The notes under the pieces were generated by a model that ran no database searches, was not told the origin of the DNA, and worked only from the letters and a program-made list of their open reading frames with translations. From the NCBI GenBank assembly GCA_951406725.2, contig OX597828.1, positions 2,728,001-2,792,000 of the forward strand: DNA of 64,000 nucleotides, read 5' to 3'. Origin of the DNA: Octopus vulgaris. Taxonomy: Eukaryota. The position numbers and the translations under genes were made by a program. Numbering within the stretch: position 1 is the stretch's first letter; every line of letters starts with the position of its first letter. Below, one piece after another: positions 1 through 15,047 of the stretch.

Positions 1-847
1 GTAAACAAGTAGTTTTAAGCATTCAATATGCATTTAATGCAAATGCGATGAACAACAGGTTACATGCGATAAACACATTACAATTTTCCCCCACAAATGT
101 TTTCAATACAGACTTTAACAGAAAGATTTGGAAGAATTAGATAAAAGTTCTCCGGCAACTTTCTATCGTGCAAATTTATGTTTATGTTAATTTAAAAGAT
201 TTATCTAAAAAACGTTCTTTATCTGTTATTTTTAGCACACCTCACAACCACCTCAATGGCAAAAAGAAACGAGTAAACAATTAGTTTTGAGTATTCAATG
301 TGCATTTAATGCAAATGCGATGAACAACACGTTGCAAATTAAATATCTAAAAAAAACAAACATGTTGTTGACCAGTTCATAAATTCACATGCTCAATTGT
401 CCACAGACAGGTAAAACAAATGGTTTCAATATATTTGTCAACACGTGCTTTCTCGCAGACAAAATAGAACTCGTGTTCCGCTTGTAACTATGGATACAGG
501 CATTAATGTGTCTGTGGCTTACGATTGGCTAAAATGATCAAACTTTTCAAACTTTAATTGCTAAGAACTCTTTTATTTATTGATTTATAGCGAAAATGAT
601 TTTCACATCATTCATTAGCCAATAAAAGTGTATCATTACACTGAATATGAAATCAATTCGAACAGAATTGATGCTGGTAGCCAAACCGACTTGAATCACT
701 TTAAAAGCAACCTACCTGATGAAGTGATGGCGTACATCTGCTGCTGGGTCATGGTTATGTAATTATTTATAAAATAATTTACGTAATGGTTTGAGACTGA
801 AAACTCAGAAATCTGCAGCTGTCGCCACTGCACGGAAACAGATACTG
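1..847. mobile_element. Right part of a non-autonomous DNA element (pogo/Tc1-like end) with internal direct repeat
   Basis: Ends ...gcacggaaacagatactg followed by TA (reverse complement starts CAGT). Positions 1-56 are repeated at about 273-328. Confidence 0.4.
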
Positions 848-907
848 TAATTTGTAAATAAACAAATTTGTATTTAAAGGCTGTTTATTCCATCTTTTTA
901 TTGTACA

Positions 908-960
<53 letters not shown>

Positions 961-961
<1 letters not shown>

Positions 962-1342
962 TCTTTTACTTGTTTCAGTCATTTGACTGTGGCCATGATG
1001 GAGCACCGCCTTTAGTCGAGCAAATCGCCCCCAGGACTTATTCTTTGTAAGCATAGTACTTATTCTATCGGTCTCTTTTGCCGAACCGCTAAGTTACGAG
1101 GACGTAAACATACCACCATGGGTTGTCAAGCGATGTTGGGGGGGGGGGGGGCAAACACAAACATATACACATACATATATACGACAGGCTTCTTTCGGTT
1201 TCCGTCTACCAAATCCACTCACAAGGCTTTAGTTGGCCCGAGACTATAGTAGAAGACACTTGCCCAAGGTGCCACGCAGTGGGACTGAACCCGGAACCAT
1301 GTGGTTGGTAAGCAAGCTACCTACCACACATCCACTCCTACG

Positions 1343-1345
<3 letters not shown>
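961..1345 (-). mobile_element. tRNA-derived CORE-type SINE (family A), near full length
   Basis: Pol III-like head (gtgtggtagg...ggttccgggttcagtccc), CORE-like accttgggcaagt, internal TA/TG run and tail gactgaaacaagtaaaagag; about 10 copies in the window. Confidence 0.85.
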
Positions 1346-1914
<569 letters not shown>

Positions 1915-2390
1915 TGTCAGGCTCCTCTCCTCGGAAGATAATATTTGAACGTTAAGATCTGATGACAGGTGCGAGTGGAGGTATGTTTGCGTGTGTGTTT
2001 GAAAAGGGTGGGGAGATCGGAATATTAATAGAAGGGGATTTTGGTTTCCTGGGTGGCACGCTTAAGTTCTACTACTGTGGGTGTCGTTGTTGCTGTTGCT
2101 ACTATTGTTGGTGTTGGTGTTGGTGCTGCTGTTGTTGTTCCGCTGCCGTTGAGACAGGGGCATTGACGGCATGAGAATCTCATGTCTTCAGCTTTTTGTT
2201 GAGGACAGAAAGCTTTTAAGTGGCCTTCTGCACAACATAAGTGAAACCATGACTCTCTGCCCTCAACCGCAACATGCAGACCTACTCTATTGGGTAAATG
2301 AATTTGGTCTGCGATCTTTTCCAATTCCTCCGGATTAATCTGGAGGAAGTTTTCCACCGTGGTCCCGGACCACAACTTCCTCTCCATTTT
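1915..2390 (-). pseudogene. Non-LTR retrotransposon ORF1 (gag-like) fragment, L1/Tx1-like
   Basis: Translation ...VEGRESWFHLCCAEGHLKAFCPQ resembles a degenerate CCHC zinc knuckle, followed by a Thr/Pro-rich linker. Confidence 0.6.
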
Positions 2391-2419
2391 AAGGCCTTAC
2401 ATTTTAAGGTAAGAGCTAG

Positions 2420-2578
2420 TCGATTACATCGACCCTCAGTGCTCGACTGATAGTGTTTTATCGACTCCAAAATGATGAAGGGCAAAATCGATCACAGTGG
2501 CATTTGAACTCAGAACGTAAAGGCGGAAGAAATGCGCTAAGCATTTTATCCAACGTGCTAACGATTCTGCCACCTCGC
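2420..2578 (-). mobile_element. SINE family B fragment
   Basis: Matches family B core (gatgaagggcaaaatcgat...tttgaactcagaacgtaa). Confidence 0.7.
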
Positions 2579-3109
2579 AGTCCTAGTAATAATCTATCTA
2601 CCTATATTCTACTAAAACTCTGTGATTGCGCGTGTGCGTGCGTGCTTGTCTGTAATTTAATACAGCCAAACTGGCGCACATTGGGAAAATACTCTGAAAG
2701 TAAGTACCCCTGAAATTTGAATACAAACGGAATGAAACAAGTTTCACGTAGATTGGACCAAGGATTCCCGAGGTACACATTTTGTTTTTAGTAACTTCAT
2801 AAATAGCCAAAACAGCGCATAATGGGAAAATACTCCGAAAGTAACATAACCCTAAAAACTGTTTCTATCAATTTTATGTTTACCTTTTATAACAATTCTT
2901 TTTGCATTTTTGTAGAATTGTGCACATATGCCATAAATAGATGCTTTTACTGGAGTTCAAGTTAATCCCAGAAGCTCTATTCCTATTAGATACCGTAAAT
3001 AGTCAATAAAACCTTACGAACGAATTGAAATATCTAACTGAATCATCATAAAATTAACTCTCATTTCAATGTAATGTTGAAATCAGCTTCAATGTATTAT
3101 AACCTGAAC

Positions 3110-3965
3110 CGTCAGTGACCCAACGGGTTATGGATAGTCTAGTAGTAATTATTATTGCCGCTCAGGAACGAGCCATTAGGGCAAATTTGATAGCGATAAA
3201 AATCGACAAACCTCGGTCAGACAGCAAATGTAAAATTTGCAGGAAAGGAGACAGAAGTATTAATCATCTCTTGAACGAGTGCAGTAAGCTTGCACAAAGG
3301 GTAAGCGCAGACATAACTGCGTAGGTAAAAGAGTGCATTGCGATGTTAGCCGAGTGTGTGCCTTTGAAATAACAGGAAATTGGTGGGAACATGAACCAGA
3401 ATCTGCGATAGAAAATAAGAATTATAGATTTTGAAGGACTTCCCCATAAAGACTGATTGAAGCTAGAAGATCAGATATAACTACAGAGGAGAAGATATAC
3501 AACAGTATAAATTCATAGATTTTGCAATACCATAGGATAACAAGGAAACTAGAAAATTAGCAATTCCAGGATCTTGCCAGAGCGGTTAAGAGATTATGGA
3601 AGACTAAGATAACAGTTATACCTGTGGTAATTGGTGTACTTGGCACAACACCCAAACTGCTACCCAAGAGACTGAATGATATTGGAATTGAGGTTCGCAC
3701 TGTCAACCTGCAAAAAAGTGTTATCCTGTATTTTGCAAGATTCTTGAATAAGTGCAGTAAGATTGCACAAAGAGTATGAGCGCAGACATAAATGTGTAGA
3801 TAAAAGAGCGCATTGCGATGTTAGCCGAGTGCCTTTGAAATAACAGGAAATCGATATGAACACAAACCAGAGTCTGCGATAGAAAATAAGAACTCTTGAG
3901 GTTTGAGTTGACTCATCACCAACCTCGAATTAAATTAGTATTTAATGACTTTGAAATAAATAAAT
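3110..3965 (+). pseudogene. 3' part of an R4/Dong-clade non-LTR retrotransposon (zinc finger plus restriction-like endonuclease), degenerate
   Basis: IIAAQE, CKICR...INHLLNECSKLA, WWEHEPES, IDFAIP and VIPVVIGVLG motifs across frameshifts; ends in (TAA)n at about 3965-4017. Confidence 0.8.
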
Positions 3966-3966
3966 A

Positions 3967-4018
<52 letters not shown>

Positions 4019-4513
4019 TGTGCCAGTAAATTTGGTGGGAAATAGTCACTCGATAATATGACTAGAACTTTATTTTTACTTTATTTTTATCGCCCCCGGT
4101 GGTATGAAAGGTAAAGTCTACCCGGCTGAAGTTGAACTCCAAGCACACAATGTTGACGCTCTAACGATTCTACGAGAGACTTTAGAAAGTTTCTCTTCTC
4201 TAAATATACAGTATTGTTTGAATGCATTATTATTTTCAGCGAAAGCCGTTCGTATCGAGAGGAGTCTCTATTTGCACCAAGTCTTGTCTCCTGATTATTT
4301 CTTCTAACTCACAATCGCTAATGTCTTCCATACAGGTATGAAAGTCATAACATTCCATTTCGCCATCTTATTTCATCGGAGCCGTTATGACAATATTTCA
4401 ACCGTTACATTAAGCTCTGTGTAGAATGTATTTGTTACAACTTCAAACTTAATACTGTGAGTGGGAATTACTTGAAACCCTTGAATTATCAGTGGGACTT
4501 GACCCTTGTAATT

Positions 4514-4554
<41 letters not shown>

Positions 4555-5235
4555 TTGTTGTTATCTTTTCTCTCAAGTAACAGTCGTGCCTCTGAAGACG
4601 AGCCAACAGCAGCAATATTAGTTGATGAAGCAGCTCTCCGACAGAATGTATATTTTCAAATAGTCTTTCAAGTTCTTTCCATTTCAACAAGATTGAGTTC
4701 CAACCAATCAGCCGTTACAAGATGATGTATTCAACCGCGATCGAGATACGCCATAGATTACAAGACATTGCTAATGATCGTTGCTATTTGAATAAACTAA
4801 CACAATCTCTTTGGTCATCTGTTAAATAGTCACCTATTATCTTCAGATCTATGATCAATTTCTTTATCGGTCTCCATCTTTATCATCATCGTCGTCGTCA
4901 TCGTCATTGTCGTGCCGGTACCACCATCACTACCATCGCAAAATGTAACATTAGCAGAGGAGCTATTTTTCTCACGCTTATTTTCATTTCTATGTCGTGC
5001 AACTACGTTTGATTTACGCTTGGATGATGTATATTCAGTGTACATTAGAGAAACCCGATTCGCGATAGCATCGCTTATAAACTAGTCTAAATCTTGATAA
5101 GAACATTCTTCGGCTTTGTTAAAGTTCTTGCCCAATGTACGAACTTTTATATTAATTTCTAGTTAATATTAACTAATTAATAATCCAAAACAGCAACTGA
5201 ATATATTATGTGTGTGTGTTTGTATGAGTGTGTGA

Positions 5236-5301
<66 letters not shown>

Positions 5302-5505
5302 GCTACATTAAGAATGGATAAGGTAAGCAGAAAAGAAAAAACGCTACATGTGGTCTATCAAACATTAAATTCTGTGACAACTTCATAGTGTTAAAGTTCT
5401 TAAGATAGCGAATAGAAAGAAATGTAGAAAACTATATGCACGCGCGCGCACACACACACACACACATGCGCGCGCGCGCGCACACGCACACACACACACA
5501 CACAC

Positions 5506-6801
5506 ACGAGGTTAAGTCAAGAATTATACGTAGTCTTGTTTCTGTAATTTATTAAAACAAAACCAAGGGTTGAATAATTACATCATTTTTCGACATAGTT
5601 CCTCTTCTTTTCGATGTCCTTCTTCCAGCGGCCCGCAAGTTTGCTTTTCACGTCGGATAAAGTTTTCAACTGTTCGCGCAGCCATTTATGCACTGCTTCC
5701 GGTGCTTCTTCGTCCGTAGTAAACCGATGACCTCGTAAAGGAAGTTTGAGCGATTCAAAGAGGTAATAGTTTGAAAAGACGAGATCTGAATTTTATGAGG
5801 GTGTTCCGGCAACTCAAAACTTAATTTTTCAATGGTTTCAACGATGTGGGCGATTATGGTGTATTGTCGTGCAACAATAACACTTGATTTCACAATTGAA
5901 CTCGGCGTCTAATGCGAATAACTGGTTTCAGTTTGTTGGTCAACATTCCACTGTAGCCAACACTGATAACTGTAGACCTCCCTTTTCCAGGGATCGTTCC
6001 TGTATAAGCCCTTTTGCATCCCCAAAACCTATTAGAATCACTTTTACTGCAAAAGATTGAGTCTTGAATTTCTTTTTCACTAGCGACATTCGGTGTTTCC
6101 ACTCAATGCCCTGCCTTTTGGATTCTAGTCCAAAGTGAAGAGCCCAGTTCTCCTTTCCTGTGACTATTCTCTCTAAAAAAAAGTTGGCCTTCATGTTTAT
6201 AGCTGTCGAATAAACGTTGACAGATCACATGATTGCGCTTATGCTCTTAGTTAAGCTCTCTTGGCACCCAGCTTGCAGAGACTTTACGCAAGCGAAGCCT
6301 GTCACGGATGATTTCGGATGCAGAACCATGACTAATTTGAAGAGAACATGCCACCTCATCGATGGCCACTCGCCGGTTCGCCAGAACTATCTCTCGAATT
6401 TCTTGAATCTTCAGTGGTGGAGGCTGATGGGTGTTTTGCTCTCTTTTCGCACATCAGGCTTGTCCAGCTATTTTAAAACTTTTTGATCCACTCATAAACA
6501 CTTATGGGCAGTAGAACACTGTCTCTGTATTGCACGGAAAACTTGCGATGAACTTCAACTCCTGGCACATCTTCTGAACAAAGAAATTGGATCATTAATC
6601 TCTGCACTTCCTTGGTGCACATTGCCAGTTAAACGGTTGTACTTATTCTGCAACACAAGAAAGAAAACTGGAAAGATCACGGTCAAACCTCGGTTGTGTA
6701 ACCACAAGGTTACCTCCTTTTAGGACAGGGGCGCTGAAGGCATTGCAGCCAACCTAAATAATGTTTTGGCGGAAGTGCAGATAATGTTTGACTTCCCCTA
6801 G
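5506..6801 (-). mobile_element. Mariner transposon, decayed, with both TIRs
   Basis: TIR-like ends acgaggttaagtcaagaattat / ataatgtttgacttccccta; frameshifted motifs WVPREL, IVTGKENW and LPEHPH. Confidence 0.8.
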
Positions 6802-6813
6802 AATGTACGTATG

Positions 6814-6851
<38 letters not shown>

Positions 6852-6876
6852 GAATGTATGTATGTATTTTATACAT

Positions 6877-6941
<65 letters not shown>

Positions 6942-6969
6942 CAGGTAAGTAGTTAGGTAGGTAGGTAGT

Positions 6970-7039
<70 letters not shown>

Positions 7040-8139
7040 TGTATACATATACACGCACACACACACACACACATACTCACGCACATATATCCATCTATGC
7101 ATCATACTTGATTATGTACATTATTTATAGGCCAGTTACTGTGGTATTTGTCCAGAAATAACAACTCTTATGAATGTACGGTTTTAAAAAAACATCGAAG
7201 GAAAACAAAAATTCATCCCGTCATCAGCGGCCAGCGAGAACATCAGGAATGTTTTGTTCGCTGTTGCGGAGACGACAAACTCTCGTCCAAACATGTGGAT
7301 GACCACAAATACGCACCATTGAAAAGTCCCCTCCAAACCGAAATGCATCTGCGATTCTTACAAGTCGCTACTGAGACGAATTTTCGTCTCACTTCGATAT
7401 TTCATACTGTACATCGATAAGAGTTGTTATCTCAAGACAAATATCGCAGTAACTGGCCTTTCAACAGTGTATGTACATGGATATTTTAATTCAATACTCA
7501 CTAAAGTGCGTATAATGAATATATATATATATATGTAAGTACAATATAAAGAAAGTCAGGAGGTGTGTGATTAATATATTTTTGACCTGTAGATATCCAT
7601 AAGATTGCGATCGTTTCGCAGCCAACTTCATGGGAAAATGATGTATCCTAATGTATAAAACAGTTATTAAGGTTTTCGCTGACTGTGAAATTCTTATAAT
7701 TTCCAATTTCAAACTTTCCTTTTATCAAAATGCGGTGTTGATTATACTTTTATTATTGGAGAATTTAAACTACACGCTAATCTGAAAACAATTCTATTCA
7801 ATGAGACGTGTCTTTTTTTTTCTGCTGTTTTCTAACAATGATCTCTCTCCCTTTCTGTCCTTCTCTCTCTCTCTCTCCCCCCTCTCTCTCTCTCTCTCTG
7901 TCCATCTCTTTGTTTATCGCCCCTATTTTTATATCCTTCTGATATTATCTCTCTCACTCTTATCCTCACCCCTCTTTTTCTTCAATGACATTTTCCATTC
8001 GGTCTTCATTTATATTTTTTTTTACTCCATATCTGTTTATCATATTATATCATATACCTTTTTATCATATCAAAATATGAAATTAGAAATTTCATATTTC
8101 AAGTTTCATTTGGTTATTCACACATGTGCATAATTACAG

Positions 8140-8417
8140 TCAAACAAATCGACCCCAGGACTTGCCTTTTTAAAGCCTAGTACTTATTCTATCAGTCTCT
8201 TCTGCCGATCCACGAAATTGAGGAGACGTAAACACACTAACGTCGGTTGTCAAGTGATGATGAGGATAAACACCGACACAAACACACAGACGTGTGTGCG
8301 TGTGTTCTTTCAGTCTCCGTCTACCAAATCCACTCACAAGGTGCCACGCAGTGGGACTGAACCCAGAACCAAGTGGTTGGGAAGCAAGCTTCTTGCCACA
8401 CAGCCACGCCTGCGCCT
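8140..8417 (-). mobile_element. SINE family A with internal deletion
   Basis: Aligns by eye to the other family A copies. Confidence 0.75.
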
Positions 8418-8521
8418 ATAATATGCAAAGATTTGCGGCAGTTTAAAATTATTTGATAAATCCTCGACGATTTCCACACCTAGAGTCAAATATTTGCTAA
8501 TAATAGTGATATGCATATATA

Positions 8522-9550
8522 CAGGGTGGCGCACGATAAAATAGCCCAGGTTCCGTAGCATTGTGCAAATACAGAAATAAATATACCAGTACTGGAAAGG
8601 ACTCACTATTATAGGAAATTTTGAAAATGGTTCCTTGCGATATCAATACACAGTTGTGTCCATCTAACCATGTTTAGATACACCCGGCCTAAAGCAGTGA
8701 CATCGATGACGGCAACCACATGCGTGATATTTTCCTTCAGTTTCTGCATTATATACGGACATTTTGCTACACCGTTCTCTTCAAGTTTCCCCACAGATAA
8801 CAATCACGCGTTGAAAGGTCAGGAGAACGTGGTGGTCACAAATTTTTCCAAACTACTTTCCTCGGAGAATATCCCATTAACTCGCTGCATAGACACTAGA
8901 GAACTGTGACAAGTCGCCCAGTCCTGCTGGAAGAAGTAGACCTGTCTATCATCTTCAGTGAGTTGAGTGCAAGATTGATCTAAAATGTTCATGTAGACCT
9001 CCTCTGTCAAAAAAATAACGGTCCAAAGATGCGTGTCCCTGCAACACCACGCCAAACACCGATTTTTTTTTTTTTTTTTTTTTTTTGTGAAGTGACTACT
9101 TATACACAGGGTGAGAATTCTCCATTGCCCAGTACCGTGTGTTTTGTGAATGTACATGGCCAGAGAGATGAAACCATGCCTCATCACTCATTACGTACCG
9201 GAATGGGTGTAGCTCACCTTTAGCAATGCTATTCAGAAGCCACGTGCAGTAATTTGCTGGTTTGCTCTCGTCATCCGCTTTTAATTGCTGTACACATGTA
9301 AAATGATATTCGCTTAGACTTGAGACTTTTCAACACTTATTGGTATGACCTCCTGCTTATGTGAGACTGCTGCGCCAATTTAATGTTTGAATGTTTGGAC
9401 ATCGAGTATTCCTTTATCAATTTGTCACTCTTATCCATAAAATGTACGGATGCGGTGCAGTAATTCTGCTCTACTTTAACCTTCGGAGGTACGTGTTTCG
9501 TTGAAGAGATAAGGCCCAGTCCTAAAAGCTTTCATTTCCGATTTACACAC
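8522..9550 (-). mobile_element. Tc1/mariner-superfamily transposase remnant (maT/DD37D-like)
   Basis: TA-cagggtgg terminus; motifs SDEAWFHLSG, QNTRYW and FFQQDWATCH across frameshifts. Confidence 0.7.
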
Positions 9551-9829
9551 TACTTTGTTTCAACGGACACCAGGTGTAGGACAACTACCTAGCTCTCCCC
9601 TTCGTGACGAGTCAATTTTTAGTATGATGGCAGAAATGTACTTCTCGAGAAATCAGCCCCTTGACAGAAATCCAGAGAAGATAAATCTGTTGACATTCAA
9701 TAAGTGGAGGACAGTTTCGTCTTTCTACGTTTCAGACACGTTGATTGTACTAAAATACCTGTAAAGCTTATCTTAAGTCATAAGCTTGTAAATTATTCAT
9801 GATGCTGATCTGCGACTCCTGGAAAGCTG

Positions 9830-10292
9830 TTCGGAATATCATCATCGATGCCTCGAACTATTCTTACTCCGGACGCTGTCGCTCATACTCCTGCTTTCCA
9901 CTCACCACCTACTGATCAGAAAAGAGTGAACGTTCAACTGACTTCGTTGTGCTACTACTGGTAGAGAGCTCTGAGCGGCTGGCACACTCCTGACACCAAA
10001 GTGCCTCTTCTTGATCTACACTTGACCGGGAATGAAGCACTGCTACACTTTCAAATGACGACCACGCCTGGTCCCGTTTGCGAATCTATAAAAGATACAA
10101 CTTCAGCGCATCAACAGATACGACATCTCGAAATCGCTGTGGGATGAATATTAATAAATGAGACCCCCGTCGCCTTGAAAAAGAATAGAATGCCTTAGAT
10201 AATGTCATTCTAAAAGGACGGGATGGTCACGTGGGAACGCCTTTGATCATAGGTCTGCACAATCAGGATTTGACCCAAGGTTAAACAGTAAG
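9830..10292 (+). mobile_element. Old SINE (family E) with Nin/Deu-domain-like centre
   Basis: atgacgaccacgcctggtcccg...ctataaaagat centre; its tail (ggatggtcac...cctttgatcataggtctg) recurs reverse-complemented near 12450-12650, 55180-55330 and 58170-58240. Confidence 0.45.
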
Positions 10293-10829
10293 AAGTAGTA
10301 CGTCTGTCATAACCTCGATCACCAACCGTCGGTCTCTTCCTCCCCCCATACCCCCACCATCGCTACCACCAACAACAATAACAAAGCCGCCGCCACCACC
10401 ACCAGACTTTTACAACAGCGTTACACTGTTTAACAACAGCTAAAGACTGGCTCGGCGCCCGTTATTCACCACATCCGTAATCCGATCACTTCATTTTTCT
10501 CTTTATTTACTTATTTATTGTTTAGTGGTTTGTGTTGTTTTCTCTCTGTTACATTGCTGCAGTGTGTGGCACAATGCGAAGATTCTGTTTTTGCCTTTTG
10601 ACTTGATAAAACATCATCATCATCATCACCACATTAACCCGCCCCAGCATAAACACATCGATGCACCCAAACATTCCACACCGACACTTTTCACTCTCTC
10701 CTCATCACAGCGTCCGCCGCTCATCTCTCTCCTACGGCCACATTATCTTCCTACTTAGCTCTTCACTTGTTCTTAATTGTTCTGCACCCAGATGAAGTTG
10801 AACTATCACTCTTAACAATAACAACAACA

Positions 10830-10868
<39 letters not shown>

Positions 10869-11007
10869 GCTGTTGCTGCTGCTGCTGCTGCATCAAGACG
10901 GGTAAGGGTGATTTCACTGCGTCCGTTCTGAAATCACCCTTACTGCTATTACTACTACTACTGCTGCTGCTGCTGCAACCATCATTATCCCCACAATTAC
11001 CACCATT

Positions 11008-11047
<40 letters not shown>

Positions 11048-11050
11048 TAT

Positions 11051-11215
11051 TCTTTCTACTATAGGTAAAAAGACTGGAATTTGTGGGGAGGGGTAGTCAA
11101 TTACATCGATCCCAGTACTTGACTGGTTCTTAATTTATCGACCCCGAAAGGATGAAAGGTAAAGTCGACCTCGGCGGAATTTGAACTCAGAATGTGAAGA
11201 TGGACGAAATGTAAC

Positions 11216-11291
<76 letters not shown>

Positions 11292-11480
11292 GTAATAATA
11301 ATGGTTTCAAATTTTGGCACAAGGCCAGTAATTTCAGGGGAGGGGAAACAGTCGATTAACACCGACCCCACTACCCGACTGGTACTTTATTTTATCGACC
11401 CCGAAAAGTTAAAAGGCAAAATTGATCCCGGCGGAATTTAAACTTAAAATGTAAAGAATAAGAAAAAAATACCGCAAAGA
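11051..11480 (-). mobile_element. Two SINE family B copies separated by (TAA)n
   Basis: Both contain atcgaccccgaaag...aaagg...ggcggaattt. Confidence 0.75.
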
Positions 11481-11991
11481 TTTTTTGATTTTTTTTTGTT
11501 TTTTTTTTTTGCAATTCTGTTGGTCAAAGACGCCAGGAAGATGTCTCTGAAATGCTAACGATGCTACTACTGCTAATTCTTGGTAGATTCCGTTCATTTT
11601 GGGGAACTACCATTAATAACTGTTGCAGTAGAGATAGTAGATCTAGCTTAGTGTTTGAGATGCTGTTGTTGTTAGCGGTAGAGACTTTGCTGTGAAGGGG
11701 GGGGGGTTGAGACACGGGTTATGTTGTTATTGTTGTTAGTGCTGTGTTAAGACACCTGGCAAGATGATGATGATGATGATGATGAGGATGATGATGATGA
11801 TAGTGATGATGATGGTGATGATGATGGTGATGACGATGACGATGATGCCACTGTCCTCCCCCGCACACACACACACAGATGATGTCGATGATGATGATTA
11901 TGATGATGGTAACGACGATGATAATGATAGTGAAGATGACAACGACGACGATGATTGCATGCTATCGAGGCTATAAAACTAATTTCTCTCG

Positions 11992-12027
<36 letters not shown>

Positions 12028-12318
12028 GATGAAATAAAAATCAAAAAAAGCATTAAGTATTAGCGTTTTCATCCCTTGACTAACGGTAAGTGGTTTTCTA
12101 TCAAACAACGGGTAATTAGCCTTTTTATCAGCTTCATTTATGCCTCGCGAGATTATCGACACGGTTTGAATGACGAAAGAAAAACAAACGCACAAACGGT
12201 GATCGAAGTGAGGGAGGAATGGGGAAACTATAAACAGAGTCAGGTTAGTTACACGTATACAACACACACACAGACACACACACACACACGCACACACACA
12301 CGCACGCACACACACACG

Positions 12319-12349
<31 letters not shown>

Positions 12350-13172
12350 TCGGAAGTGTCGCAGTAAACAAAAATCTGCAGCGGAAGTCGACAATGGCCT
12401 ATCGACGATGTTGTTTTGGTGTTGTCGCAGTTGTTGTTATTGTATGTTGTTGTTGCTTAGTTGTAGCTTAACCCTAATTGTGCACACCAATGGTCAAAGG
12501 CATTCCAGCCGTGACCATCAAATCATGTCTTTTTAAGGGTATGTAGAGCAATATTACCCTATGCGTTCTTTATTTAAGACGGTAGTGTGTGTGTGTGATC
12601 TGAGAGAAATTTAGCAGCTATTTTTAGCAAATCGAATGACCATGTAAGACAGTCTTACATTACTGCCGCATGTAATTGATTTTGTTGCTGTTGTTTTGGT
12701 TGTTATTGTTGATGATGGTTGTGGGTTGGTAGCTGCGAGGATGATGATAACGATGATGATGGTGGTGGTGGTGGTGGTGGTGATGGTGGTGGTATTGATG
12801 ATGATGATGGTATTGCTTTTATCAGCAGAGCGCCAGGTGAAATACCTTACAGTATGCTGTTACGGTTACGTTCTCTATAATTCCTGCTTTCGTGCGGACA
12901 GATAAAGTATCTCATGTACTGCGTTCGATATCATCGATTATCTGTGACTTTGTGCCTATGTTTAAAAAATCATTACTGTCGAAACAACAGCTTCAAGAAA
13001 CAAAAAATTGTCAATGGTGGACCAAGCGTTGCTATGCACCTCCCGCACTCATATTTCGATTACAGTCGGAGGAAGACATACACCTGTCAAAACAGGTTTT
13101 TCTTCGGTTTTGCGCTTATATTACTGTTGTTCTTGTTAATATCGTTGCTGTTCTGGAGTGTCGACATGTGAT

Positions 13173-13423
13173 TGCTTGCTCGTGAAATTAACGTGCTAGT
13201 GGCCGAGCACTCCACAGACACTTGTACCCTTAACGTAGTTCTCAGGGAAATACAACCTGACATAGAGTGTGACAAAGCCGGCCCTTCGAAATACAGGTAC
13301 TACTCATTTTTGCCAGCTGAGTGGACTGGAGCAACGTGAAATAAAGTGTCTTGCTCAAGGACACAACGCGTCGCCGGAAATTGAACTCACAATCGTGAGC
13401 CGAATGCCCTAAACACTAAGCCA
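13173..13423 (-). mobile_element. tRNA-derived SINE family C
   Basis: Minus-strand box A-like tggcttagtg, box B-like gttcaatttcc and tgtccttgagcaagacact; partial copies at 38074-38172 (+) and 42535-42716 (-). Confidence 0.75.
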
Positions 13424-13429
13424 AGAACC

Positions 13430-13492
<63 letters not shown>

Positions 13493-13530
13493 TATGAAGG
13501 TTCTTGGCTTAGTGTTTAGGGCATTCGGCT

Positions 13531-13799
13531 GACTTTGATGCTGGTGATACGTTTTCATCTTCAGTATCTAGGTCCTTACAAACTTTGTAGACGAAAGATC
13601 TGGCAACTTTTAAAAATCGAGATATTTCTAAATTGCTATGCTCAACCTTCATAACCATAATAACAGCATGCCTCTTCATTTCTTGAGTAAGATGAGGGTC
13701 TGCCATTATTATTTTCTGAAACAATAATTATACAGAGTTAGCAAAAAACTGCAGCAATGACCCATACAAGGTATGTCCTCAAATAACTTACGTACCCTG
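13531..13799 (-). mobile_element. 5' end of a Tc1/mariner element (TIR plus HTH N-terminus)
   Basis: TA-cagggt terminus at about 13800; MKRHAVIM...EISRFLKVARSFVYKV resembles a transposase HTH domain. Confidence 0.6.
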
Positions 13800-13802
13800 T
13801 AC

Positions 13803-13900
<98 letters not shown>

Positions 13901-14091
13901 GTTTAAATATTTGTTGTGCAAGATTTTTTATGTGAAGTCGTGTGTTGAAACAGATATTGTTATATTTCGGAATGGTCATATTGCCAGTTTAATTAATGTA
14001 AAAAATAAATATCACTGAAGCAAAATAACACCAAATATATAGTGCGTGTGTTTTTATTGGCTAAACTGGCAATATGACCATTCCGAAATAT

Positions 14092-14614
<523 letters not shown>

Positions 14615-14726
14615 CATTTTTTGTTCCACATCACACTTGTTGGGCGCGCCCCACCTTGAGAAATACAGCTCTAGGATTTATTTTCAGATTGAAATTCAGT
14701 ATCCTTTCAGTTATTCACTGTAATAT

Positions 14727-15047
14727 TGGTTTCAAATTTTGACACAAGATCAGCAAGTTCGGCGGAGGGGATATATCGATTAGATCGACCTCTATGTTAA
14801 ATTGGTACTTATGTTATTGACCCCCGAAAGGATGAAAAGCAAAGTCGACTGGCAGAATCGTTAGCACGCCGGGCAAAATACTTCGCGGCATTTCGTCCGT
14901 CCTTAGGTTCTGGGTTCACATTCCGCCTAGGTCAACTTTGCCTTTCGTCCTTTCGGTGTAGATAAAATAAGTTGAGTACTGGAGTTGATGTAATCGACTT
15001 AGCCCCTCCCACAAAATTACTAGCCTTGTGCCAAAAATTTGAAACCA
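14727..15047. mobile_element. Two SINE family B copies fused in opposite orientation
   Basis: Minus copy about 14727-14850 abuts plus copy about 14850-15047; outer ends are inverted (ggtttcaaatttt / aaaatttgaaacc). Confidence 0.75.

Noticed and set aside
715-725. Isolated CTGATGA boxes (also CTGANGA near 4592, 15360 and 45990)
   Set aside because: No flanking stems or GAAA; expected by chance.
4240-4725. Coding-like segments (MECYDFHTCMEDISDCELEE...)
   Set aside because: Short, bounded by stops, with no convincing splice sites or recognisable homology.
12846-12980. Exon-like minus-strand block with an in-frame TGA (selenoprotein idea)
   Set aside because: No recognisable family or SECIS evidence.
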